Assembly (NCBI GenBank): GCA_963721455.1
Contig: CAVRJG010000021.1
Span: forward strand, 252-64,251
DNA: 64,000 nucleotides
DNA from: an uncultured Methanosarcinaceae archaeon
GTDB lineage: Archaea; Halobacteriota; Methanosarcinia; Methanosarcinales; Methanosarcinaceae
Direction of reading: 5' to 3'
The notes beneath the pieces are model-generated. The model did no database searches and was not told the DNA's origin. It worked only from the letters and a program-made list of their open reading frames with translations. This document shows positions 41,299 to 49,992 of this stretch, in pieces. A program made the translations under genes and the position numbers. Position 1 is the first letter of the stretch. Every line of letters starts with the position of its first letter.

Positions 41299-41628
41299 AT
41301 GGGAATATTTAGAAAGACAATGAGCATTTTAGTAATGGTATGTTTCGTACTGTCACTGACAGCTGCGTCAGCAAGTGCATGGAATGGTGGCTGTGGGAAC
41401 GACTGTAACTGGGGCTGTGGGAACGACTGTAACTGGGGCTGTGGGAACAACTGTAACTGGGGCTGTGGGAACAACTGTAACTGGGGCTGTGGGAACGACT
41501 GTAATTGGGGCTGTGGGAACGACTGTAACTGGGGCTGTGGGAACGACTGTAACCGGGGCTGTGGGAACGGCTTTGGGTTCTTTGGGTTCAGCTTCTTTAA
41601 CTCTTTTGGGTTGGGCTGCTGTTGCTAA
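41299..41628 (+). CDS. secreted Cys-rich repeat peptide A, (GCGNDCNW)x7
   Basis: GAGGAG RBS; signal MGIFRKTMSILVMVCFVLSLTAASASA; 24-bp repeats; ends GCCC. Confidence 0.85.
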   Translation: MGIFRKTMSILVMVCFVLSLTAASASAWNGGCGNDCNWGCGNDCNWGCGNNCNWGCGNNCNWGCGNDCNWGCGNDCNWGCGNDCNRGCGNGFGFFGFSFFNSFGLGCCC

Positions 41629-41657
41629 CGACTAAACCAGTTTAAATATAACCGAAT

Positions 41658-41908
41658 GACGACCCGTTCGTACAGCCTTACATAGGATTGCAGGGGGAGT
41701 AAGCCCCTCAACCTCTCAAAATAAATATATTGAAAAATATTCAATAGGATTTACGCGCTTGAGGAGTGAAAAAAGCATGAGCACATCTGCGACAAATCTC
41801 ATGAATTATAAAAGTTTGAAGTCTCATGCGACTGGTTTTTTAGTTAAACTGCGTAAATCCTTTCCTTTTACTGGTCTGCAATCATCGAAGCGGGCTTACG
41901 AATGAGTC
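41658..41908 (+). other. long foldback 3' element after peptide gene A
   Basis: GACCCGTTCGTA/TACGAATGAGTC, GATTGCAG/CTGCAATC, AGGATTTACGC/GCGTAAATCCT nested stems. Confidence 0.6.
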
Positions 41909-41987
41909 TTATTTAATATTTTTTATAATTATGTAATCTGGAGAATAAAGCTCCATTTTCTATCTGCCTTTCTTATGCATCATATTT

Positions 41988-42989
41988 TTATATAGGAGAC
42001 TGATCCAGAAACTCGATTGCCTTGCTTATAAGGTATTCCCTGTGTGCGGATCTCTTTTCTCGCCAGGCGACTCTGAGCAAGCCGTAGCTCATATAAAGTG
42101 GAAGAACCCGCTTTATCCGGCGATATTCCTTTTCGTCTCTGCTGTAATTGTGGAGAAATCGCTTGATATGATAGAAGGAGGCATATGCCATACCTTTTCG
42201 TGCGAAATGATGGAATACTTCAGCGCACATTATCCCCAGGTCGTTCGCAGCATTCCCGTGCTCTGTGGAGAGCTCCAGGTCTATTGCATAGGTTTTGCCC
42301 CTGTAAAAGAGGTAATTTGCAGGAGTCGCATCACGGTGTATTGTACATCCCTGGTTTTCGTCCAGAAAGGGGCTTTTCTGCCATCCTTCAAGTTTTTGTT
42401 CATATATTTTTCTGGTCGAACTGCGGAGTGGCATATACTGCAGGTTACTGCGGATCTTTTCAAAATCCTTATCTTTATCGTAGTAGCTCTTTGTAGCCCG
42501 ATGAAGTTTGCTCAGCAGGCAGGCTATTGCTTCTAGCTTTTCATCCAGGTTCTTTTCGTTTTTCAGGTACCAGGAAAAAGGTTTTCCAGGGATGTATTCG
42601 GTCACAAGGACGCAGTTAAAATGGCTGCTCAGGTCAATAGGTTCAGGGACATGGATTATTTTTTCAAGCCTCTTTAATTTATAATATTCATTCAGCATGG
42701 CTTCTCTAGCATCGTACTTTTTTATTTTCCCTGTGGGTTGTGCTAAAAATTTCGCCATAACACTGAGCCCTTCTCCCTCAAACTCATATCTATATACTAT
42801 GTGGGATGCCGGTCTTACTCTGAATTCCCTGACACTGCAATTTTCGTTTTTTATCCTGCGCCCCAGAGCGTGGACTATCCAGTGTCTGAATGGATCTCCC
42901 GGCTTGAGTTTTCTAACATACTCCTGTGAAATACAGAACCCCCATTTATTCGAAATCGGAGATTGATATCTTTTCCCATCTAAGATCAA
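41988..42989 (-). CDS. APH / choline-kinase-like phosphotransferase (start uncertain)
   Basis: MAKF (VAIK-like), NEYYKL, VTEYIPG, HRDATPANY (HxDxxxxN), IDLE, DLG. Confidence 0.85.
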   Translation of the reverse strand: MILDGKRYQSPISNKWGFCISQEYVRKLKPGDPFRHWIVHALGRRIKNENCSVREFRVRPASHIVYRYEFEGEGLSVMAKFLAQPTGKIKKYDAREAMLNEYYKLKRLEKIIHVPEPIDLSSHFNCVLVTEYIPGKPFSWYLKNEKNLDEKLEAIACLLSKLHRATKSYYDKDKDFEKIRSNLQYMPLRSSTRKIYEQKLEGWQKSPFLDENQGCTIHRDATPANYLFYRGKTYAIDLELSTEHGNAANDLGIMCAEVFHHFARKGMAYASFYHIKRFLHNYSRDEKEYRRIKRVLPLYMSYGLLRVAWREKRSAHREYLISKAIEFLDQSPI

Positions 42990-43331
42990 GGTATTGGAAA
43001 CCCTTGACAGGCAGCGGAATATTCAATCTTCCTTTCCATACCAATCTGAGCGGCGGGATATAAAAGCACTGGATATTTCCTTAACTCTCTAAATTTATAG
43101 CAGTTATTTTTGAATTATATACAGGATCGCGTGACCATGAAAGTCTCAAAAAAGATGTGAGGAGAACTGAAAGCTAAGAATGGATCAGAGGCTTATCATT
43201 CATGCAAAAACCTCTGGGTAAGATAGAAAGTTAATATGGATTTATTATGGACAGGATTCGATGTCTTTTAGGTTTATCTTATGAAAACGGTTTTCAGGTT
43301 TACCCTAAAAGTTACCACAGTTATAATTAAT

Positions 43332-43505
43332 ATGGATAGTTGTTGCCCTGAATCGGGCAGTTCATTCGATAGTGAAATGGAATTTAAGAACGAGACAATT
43401 AACTGTTCATCCTACCAAAAAAAGCCGATTGGCACTGGTTTTTATGTGGTGGATTTTTTTGGAGCACACATTAAAGTGGGCCTTTTTTCTGGTGAAATTA
43501 ATTAA
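43332..43505 (+). CDS. putative 57-aa sORF (copy 1)
   Basis: MDSCCPESGSS...GAHIKVGLFSGEIN; open with the same start and stop in all three units. Confidence 0.35.
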   Translation: MDSCCPESGSSFDSEMEFKNETINCSSYQKKPIGTGFYVVDFFGAHIKVGLFSGEIN

Positions 43506-43721
43506 ATGAGTAAACATGGAAATGAATTCTAAGATGAAAACTTAAATTGCAATCTATATTAAATTAAAGAAAAGACTACACTTTTGATGAAGGCATGTTG
43601 TGATAAATACTACTTTGAGAAGACATCTCCAGAAACAGGGCTAGATAATGTCAATTTTTCTTTAATATTGGTTTCTGATTTTTATTTCTATCTATATTAT
43701 ATTATCTGGCGAATAATCACC

Positions 43722-43925
43722 TACTGATACGATTTGGGGGTCACTGTCATCGGCATATAAATCCTCAACACACAAAATGAGGATATGGGAGTAAGATTTT
43801 ACCAGTACTATGCTTTTCCAGGATAGATCTGGATGACTGATTGGTAAAATAAAATTAAAAATAAAATTATTCAGTAATTTGCCGATGAAAAATTGACTTA
43901 ATAATTAACCTTAGATTGTATCAGA
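43722..43925 (+). promoter_or_regulatory. structured 5' leader of peptide gene B
   Basis: CTGATACGATTTGGGG/CCTTAGATTGTATCAG, TCATCGGCA/TGCCGATGA, TTTTACCAGT/ATTGGTAAAA, TCCAG/CTGGA stems. Confidence 0.65.
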
Positions 43926-43980
43926 TGAATAAAAACTTAAATTGTATCATATTAAGCAAAAAAATCTGGAGTGTAGGTAT

Positions 43981-45005
43981 ATGGGGAAATTTGGAATAAA
44001 AAAGACACTGAGCATTTTCATGCTAGTGCTTTTCATAGCTTCGGTAACAGCCGCTTCAGTAAGCGCATGTAATTCCGCAGACTGCAAGCATAAAGAAGTC
44101 AAGAAAGAAGTCTGCAAGGGTGATGTCTGCAAGAATGTCAATAAGAATGTCAATGTCATACTAAACAGGGTCGTAGACAGAGACAAAGTCATTGACAGAG
44201 ATATAGACTTTGACAGAGACAGAGTCATGGACAAAGACAGAGTCATGGACAGAGTTGAGGACAGAGTTGAGGACAGAGACAAAGTCATGGACAGAGACAG
44301 AGTCATGGACAGAGACAGAGTCATGGACAGAGACAGAGTCATGGACAGAGACAGAGTCATGGACAGAGTTGAGGACAGAGTTGAGGACAGAGACAAAGTC
44401 ATGGACAGAGACAGAGTCATGGACAGAGACAGAGTCATGGACAGAGACAGAGTCATGGACAGAGACAGAGTCATGGACAGAGACAGAGTCATGGACAGAG
44501 ACAGAGTCATGGACAGAGACAAAGTCATGGACTGAGACAAAGTCATGGACAGAGACAGAGTCATGGACAGAGACAGAGTCATGGACAGAGACAGAGTCAT
44601 GGACAGAGACAGAGTCATGGACAGAGACAGAGTCATGGACAGAGACAAAGTCATGGACAGCAAAGTCATGACCTACTGTAAAGAAGTCAAGAATAAAGAA
44701 ATCTGCAAGGGTGATGTCTGCAAGAATGTTAATAAGAATGTCAATGTCATAATAAACAGGGTCGTAGACAGAGACAAAGTCATTGACAGAGATATAGACT
44801 TTGACAGAGACAAAGTCATGGACAAATACTGATACGATTTGGGGTTCACTGTCATCGGCATATAAATCCTCGAATGTCAATGTCTAGTAAACAAGGTCGC
44901 GACAGAGACAAAGTCATTGACAGAGACAGGTGCTTTGACAAGGAAAGAGTCAGATGTGACAAGAAATAAGTCAATTTCTCTGACAAGGACCGCGGCTACT
45001 GCTGA
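43981..45005 (+). pseudogene. secreted repeat peptide B, (MDRDRV)n expanded; in-frame TGA at 44533 and rearranged 3' end
   Basis: Signal MGKFGIKKTLSIFMLVLFIASVTAASVSA; AGA>TGA in one repeat; frame continues to 44832; degenerate third domain copy ends DKDRGYC* at 45005. Confidence 0.75.
44210..44660 (+). repeat. 18-bp tandem repeat array (>20 units)
   Basis: GACAGAGACAGAGTCATG units with occasional GACAGAGTTGAG inserts. Confidence 0.95.
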
Positions 45006-45076
45006 CCGAGATTTTGGCAAAGACTAAACTGGCCTGGCTATAAGCCCTGGTTATATAATAATACAAGACGTATGGT

Positions 45077-45204
45077 GACTCGTTCGTACAAGTCCTGCGT
45101 CAGATTACAGGAGCAGAAGACCCCGATCCATATAAAATCTAAAAATTGGGGTTCTTCCCTCCTGATATTGACCTGCAATCAACAAAGTGGGTCTACGAAT
45201 ATGT
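45077..45204 (+). other. conserved foldback 3' element after peptide gene B
   Basis: GTTCGTA/TACGAAT, CAGGAG/CTCCTG, AAGACCCCGAT/ATTGGGGTTCTT. Confidence 0.6.
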
Positions 45205-45481
45205 TTTATTTACTGTTTTTTATGTGATCTGGAGACTAAAATTTGAATATTTCTGAAGCTTTACAAATTTCTAACTTTTCGGTTATACTTTTATCTATGG
45301 AAAAATGATGAGGTTCTCATTGTTCATTTCCACTTTATCCACTGCAGTTTTTACATCCGGAATACCAGGAAATTTTTTACTTGATCCTGTACATTCGGTA
45401 TAATCTTATTATCCTTAATGTCTCCTAAGATTGGCTTTATTTTCTTCCGTCTTCTATCTGCCTTTCTTATGCATCATATTT

Positions 45482-45970
45482 TTATATAGGAAACTGATCC
45501 AGAAATTCGATTGCCTGGCTTATAAGGTATTTTCTGTGAGTGGATTTCTTTTCTCGCCAGGCGACTCTGAGCAAGCCGTAGCTCATATAAAGTGGAAGAA
45601 CCCGCTTTATCCGGCGATATTCCTTTTCGTCTCTGCTGTAATTGTGGAGAAATCGCTTGATATGGGGGAAGGAGGCATATGCCATACCTCTCGTGCGAAA
45701 TGATAGAATACTTCAGCGCACATGATCCCCAGGTCATTTGCAGCATTCCCGTGCTCTGTGAAGAGCTCCAGGTCTATTGCATAGGTTTTTGCCCCTGTAA
45801 AAGAGGTAATTTGCAGGAGTAGCATCACGGTGTAATATGCAGCCCTCATTTTCGTCCAGTCCAGTTCCTGAATGAATTCCCTTGTTTAATTTCTAATATG
45901 CTCCTTTGAGCACAGAACCCCATTTATACAAAATCGGAAATTGATATCCTTCCCATCTCGATTAAGATAT
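45482..45970 (-). pseudogene. internally deleted copy of the APH-like kinase
   Basis: Retains 5' segment and HRDATPANY-to-C-terminus; about 510 bp missing at the TCCAGTCCAG junction (45855-45864). Confidence 0.85.
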
Positions 45971-46217
45971 TGAAATCCTTGACAGTCAACGGAATACTCA
46001 ACCTTTCTTTTAATATTCAACCTCAGTGCAGGGGGATTTACAACTTCCAATAATGACCTGAAGCTTGATGCAAAAAGATACTTGTGAAATACAAAAGCCA
46101 AATAGTAAGGTAGAAAGCGGATCTAGATTTATAGAGGACAAGATTTAACGGTTTTTAGGTTTACCTTAAGGAAACGGTTTTAGGTTTACCTTAAAGGCCA
46201 TCAGATTCTTAATTAAT

Positions 46218-46391
46218 ATGGATAGTTATTGCCCTGAATCCGGCAGTTCATTCGATAGTGGAATGGAATTTAAGAACGAGCCAATTAACTGTTCAGCCTG
46301 CCAAAACAAGCCTATTGACACTGTTTTTTATATGATGGATTTGCTTGGAGCACACATTAAAGTGGGCCTTTTTCCTGGTGAAATTAATTAA
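46218..46391 (+). CDS. putative 57-aa sORF (copy 2)
   Basis: MDSYCPESGSSFDSGMEFKNEPINCSACQNKP...GEIN*. Confidence 0.35.
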   Translation: MDSYCPESGSSFDSGMEFKNEPINCSACQNKPIDTVFYMMDLLGAHIKVGLFPGEIN

Positions 46392-46607
46392 ATGAGTAAA
46401 CCTGAAAATGAATTCTAAGATGGAAACTTAAATTGCAATTGATATAACCTTAAAGAAAAGACAACACTTTTGATAGGGGCATGTTGTGATAAATACTACT
46501 TTGAGAAGACATCTACAGAAACAGGGCTAGATAATGTCAATTCTTCTTTAATATTGGTTTCTGATTTTTATTTCCATATATATTATATTCTCTGGATAAT
46601 AATTACC

Positions 46608-46808
46608 TACTGATACGATTTGGGGGTCTTTCATCGGCTTATAATTCCTCAGCACACAAAATGAGGATATGGGGGTAAAATTTTACCAGTACTATGCTTT
46701 TTCAGGATAGATCTGGATGACGTGTTGGTAAAATAAAATTAAAAATAAAATTATTCAGTTATTTGCCGATGAAAAATTGACTTAAAAATTAACCTTAGAT
46801 TGTATCAG
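46608..46808 (+). promoter_or_regulatory. structured 5' leader of peptide gene C
   Basis: Same stems as the leaders of B and D. Confidence 0.6.
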
Positions 46809-46864
46809 ATAAATAAAAACTTAAATTGTATCATATTAAGCAAAAAAATCTGGAGTGTAGGTAT

Positions 46865-47321
46865 ATGGGAAAATTTGGAATAAAAAAGACACTGAGCATT
46901 TTCATGCTAGTGCTTTTCATAGCTTCGGTAACAGCCGCTTCAGTAAGCGCATGTAATTCCGCAGACTGCAAGCATAAGGATAAGGTCTGCAAGGGTGGTG
47001 TCTGCAAGAATGTCAATAAGAATGTCAATGTCATAATAAACAGGGTCGTAGACAGAGATATAGACGTTGACAGAGATATAGACGTTGACAGAGATATAGA
47101 CGTTGGAAGAGCCAGAGTCATGGGCAGAGCCAGAGTCATGGACAGAGTTGATGGACAGATTTGACAGATTTGACGGATTCGACAGATTCGACAGATTTGA
47201 CAGATTCGACGGATGCGGTGACAGAGGCTGTGGCGGAGGCTGTGGCGGAGGCAGAATCGGTTTCGTTGGAAAGTTCTTTGGTTGTGTTGATGTAAACCGC
47301 GGCTGTGGCTTTGGCTGCTGA
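46865..47321 (+). pseudogene. secreted peptide C, frameshift before the Cys/Gly tail
   Basis: Signal identical to B; GAGTTGATGGAC (+1 relative to the GAGTCATGGAC repeat) stops the frame at 47164; tail DRFD...GCGGGCGGG...NRGCGFGC* in the other frame to 47321. Confidence 0.75.
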
Positions 47322-47387
47322 CCGATTTTGTTAAAGACTAAACTGGCCTGGCTATAAAGCCTGGCTATAAAATACAAGATATATGTT

Positions 47388-47514
47388 GACTCGTTCTCAC
47401 AGTCCTGCGTCAGATTACAGGAGCAGAAGACCCCGATCCACATAAAATCTAAAAATTGGGGTTCTTCCCTCCTGATATTGACCTGCAATCAACAAAGTGG
47501 GTCTACGAATATGT
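47388..47514 (+). other. conserved foldback 3' element after peptide gene C
   Basis: Nearly identical to 45077-45204. Confidence 0.6.
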
Positions 47515-47790
47515 TTTATTTACTGTTTTTTATGTGATCTGGAGACTAAAATTTGAATATTTCTGAAGCTTTACAAATTTCTAACTTTTCGGTTATACTT
47601 TTATCTATGGAAAAATGATGAGGTTCTCATTGTTCATTTCCACTTTATCCACTGCAGTTTTTACATCCGGAATACCAGGAAATTTTTTACTTGATCCTGT
47701 ACATTCGGTATAATCTTATTATCCTTAATGTCTCCTAAGATTGGCTTTATTTTCTTCCGTCTTTTATCTGCCTTTTTATGCATCATATTT

Positions 47791-48280
47791 TTATATGGGA
47801 GACTGATCCAGAAATTCGATTACCTGGCTTATAAGGTATTTTCTGTGAGTGGATTTCTTTTCTCGCCAGGCGACTCTGAGCAAGCCCTAGCTCATATAAA
47901 GTGGAAGAACCCGCTTTATCCGGCGATATTCCTTCTCGTCTCTGCTGTAGTTGCGGAGAAATCGCTTGATATGGGGGAAGGAGGCATATACCATACCTTT
48001 TCGTGCGAAATGATAGAATACTTCAGCGCACATTGATCCCCAGGTCATTTGCAGCATTCCCGTGCTCTGTGAAGAGCTCCAGGTCTATTGCATAGGTTTT
48101 TGCCCCTGTAAAAGAGGTAATTTGCAGGAGTAGCATCACGGTGTAATATGCAGCCCTCATTTTCGTCCAGTCCAGTTCCTGAATGAATTCCCTTGTTTAA
48201 TTTCTAATATGCTCCTTTGAGCACAGAACCCCATTTATACAAAATCGGAAATTGATATCCTTCCCATCTCGATTAAGATA
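47791..48280 (-). pseudogene. second internally deleted copy of the APH-like kinase
   Basis: Same deletion junction; lies about 2310 bp from copy 1. Confidence 0.85.
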
Positions 48281-48528
48281 TTGAAATCCTTGACAGTCAA
48301 CGGAATACTCAACCTTTCTTTTAATATTCAACCTCAGTGCAGGGGGATTTACAACTTCCAATAATGACCTGAAGCTTGATGCAAAAAGATACTTGTGAAA
48401 TACAAAAGCCAAATAGTAAGGTAGAAAGCGGATCTAGATTTATAGAGGACAAGATTTAACGGTTTTTAGGTTTACCTTAAGGAAACGGTTTTAGGTTTAC
48501 CTTAAAGGCCATCAGATTTTTAATTAAT

Positions 48529-48702
48529 ATGGATAGTTATTGCCCTGAATCCGGCAGTTCATTCGATAGTGGAATGGAATTTAAGAACGAGCCAATTAAC
48601 TGTTCAGCCTGCCAAAACAAGCCAATGGGCACTGTTTTTTATATGATGGATTTGCTTGGAGCACACATTAAAGTGGGCCTTTTTCCTGGTGAAATTAATT
48701 AA
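48529..48702 (+). CDS. putative 57-aa sORF (copy 3)
   Basis: Open, nearly identical to copy 2. Confidence 0.35.
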   Translation: MDSYCPESGSSFDSGMEFKNEPINCSACQNKPMGTVFYMMDLLGAHIKVGLFPGEIN

Positions 48703-48920
48703 ATGAGTAAACCTGAAAATGAATTCTAAGATGGAAACTTAAATTGCAATCGATGTGAACCTTAAAGAAAAGACAACACTTTTGATGAGGATGTGTTGTG
48801 ATAAATACTACTTTGAGAAGACATCTCCAGAAACAGGGCTAGATAATGTCAATTTTTCTTTAATATTGGTTTCTGATTTTTATTTCCATATATATTATAT
48901 TCTCTGGAGAATAATCAACT

Positions 48921-49122
48921 ACTGATACGATTTGGGGGTCACTTTCATCGGCTTATAATTCCTCAGCACACAAAATGAGGATATGGGAGTAAAATTTTAC
49001 CAGTACTATGCTTTTCCAGGATAGATCTGGATGACGTGTTGGTAAAATAAAATTAAAAATAAAATTATTCAGTAATTTGCCGATGAAAAATTGACTTAAT
49101 AATTAACCTTAGATTGTATCAG
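48921..49122 (+). promoter_or_regulatory. structured 5' leader of peptide gene D
   Basis: CTGATACGATTTGGGG/CCTTAGATTGTATCAG (16 bp, 4 G-U), TTTCATCGGC/GCCGATGAAA, CCTCA/TGAGG, TTTTACCAGTAC/GTGTTGGTAAAA, TCCAG/CTGGA; TATA-like CCATATATATTATA upstream. Confidence 0.65.
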
Positions 49123-49177
49123 ATGAATAAAAACTTAAATTGTATCATATTAAGCAAAAAATCTGGAGTGTAGGTAT

Positions 49178-49528
49178 ATGGGAAAATTTGGAATAAAAAA
49201 GACACTGAGCATTTTCATGCTAGTGCTTTTCATAGCTTCGGTAACAGCCGCTTCAGTAAGCGCATGTAATTCCGCAGACTGCAAGCATAAAGAAGTCAAG
49301 AATATAGAAGTCTGCAAGGGTGATGCCTGCAAGAATGTCAATAAGAATGTCAATATCATAATAAACAGGGTCGTAGACAGAGACAGAGTCGTTGAAAGAG
49401 ATACAGTCATTGAAAGAGACAGAGTCATTGACAGATTCGACGGATGTGGCGGCTTTGGAGGTTGTGGCGGCTTTGGCGGCGGTTGTGGCTTTGGCTGCTT
49501 TAACCGCGGATGCGGCTTTGGCTGCTGA
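49178..49528 (+). CDS. secreted Cys/Gly-rich peptide D (116 aa, intact)
   Basis: GGAG RBS; shared signal; CNSADC..VCKGDAC, NVNKNVN, DR repeats, GCGGFGG tail ending GCGFGC. Confidence 0.85.
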   Translation: MGKFGIKKTLSIFMLVLFIASVTAASVSACNSADCKHKEVKNIEVCKGDACKNVNKNVNIIINRVVDRDRVVERDTVIERDRVIDRFDGCGGFGGCGGFGGGCGFGCFNRGCGFGC

Positions 49529-49595
49529 CCGATTTTGTTAAAGACTAAACTGGCCTGGCTATAAGCCTGGCTAATTAATACGTAAAAACGATGAC

Positions 49596-49721
49596 GACTC
49601 GTTCTACAGTCCTGCGTCAGATTACAGGAGCGAAAGGCCCTAATCCAATAAAACCTAAATATTGGAGGGTCTTTCCTCCTGATACTGATCGGCAACCTCA
49701 AAATGGGTCGGTGAATGAGCC
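49596..49721 (+). other. foldback 3' element after peptide gene D (compensatory variant)
   Basis: CTCGTTC/GAATGAG, CAGGAG/CTCCTG, GAAAGGCCCT/AGGGTCTTTC, CCAATA/TATTGG. Confidence 0.6.
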
Positions 49722-49992
49722 TTATTTCACATTTTTGACGAGTATAAAATCCGTGGGTGGATTTTAAAAATTTCTAACAGTTCCTTCTTTTCTTTTCTGT
49801 TTCAGTCCATGAAACAATCATAAGGTCCACATTACTCTTTTCCATCCTGTACGCGGCGGTTGGCGTTACTTTTTGACCGAATTGGAATTATACAGAGGAA
49901 GCAATTTCTACAGAAATATTTACATACTGCCAAAGAACTAAATGTATCCAGTTACTTTTCCGGATGTCAAATACAATACTGGAGGAACCTGA

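Noticed and set aside
41390-41570. 24-bp and 18-bp repeat arrays (also 44210-44660, 37108-38082) as CRISPR
   Set aside because: Repeats are contiguous with no unique spacers, are in-frame coding, and no cas genes are present.
44533-44535. TGA in gene B as selenocysteine
   Set aside because: It replaces an Arg codon of a repeat, no SECIS was recognised, and Methanosarcina is not known to use Sec.
43947-44880. Long antisense and off-frame ORFs (MTLSLS..., VHDSVS..., WTETES...) over gene B; similar ones over 8318-9125 and 37039-38247
   Set aside because: By-products of stop-free tandem repeats; they lack an RBS or signal peptide, whereas the plus-strand frame has both.
41040-49725. Diversity-generating retroelement explanation for peptide variability
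   Set aside because: No reverse transcriptase in the window and no TR/VR pair differing only at adenines; variation is in repeat type and number.
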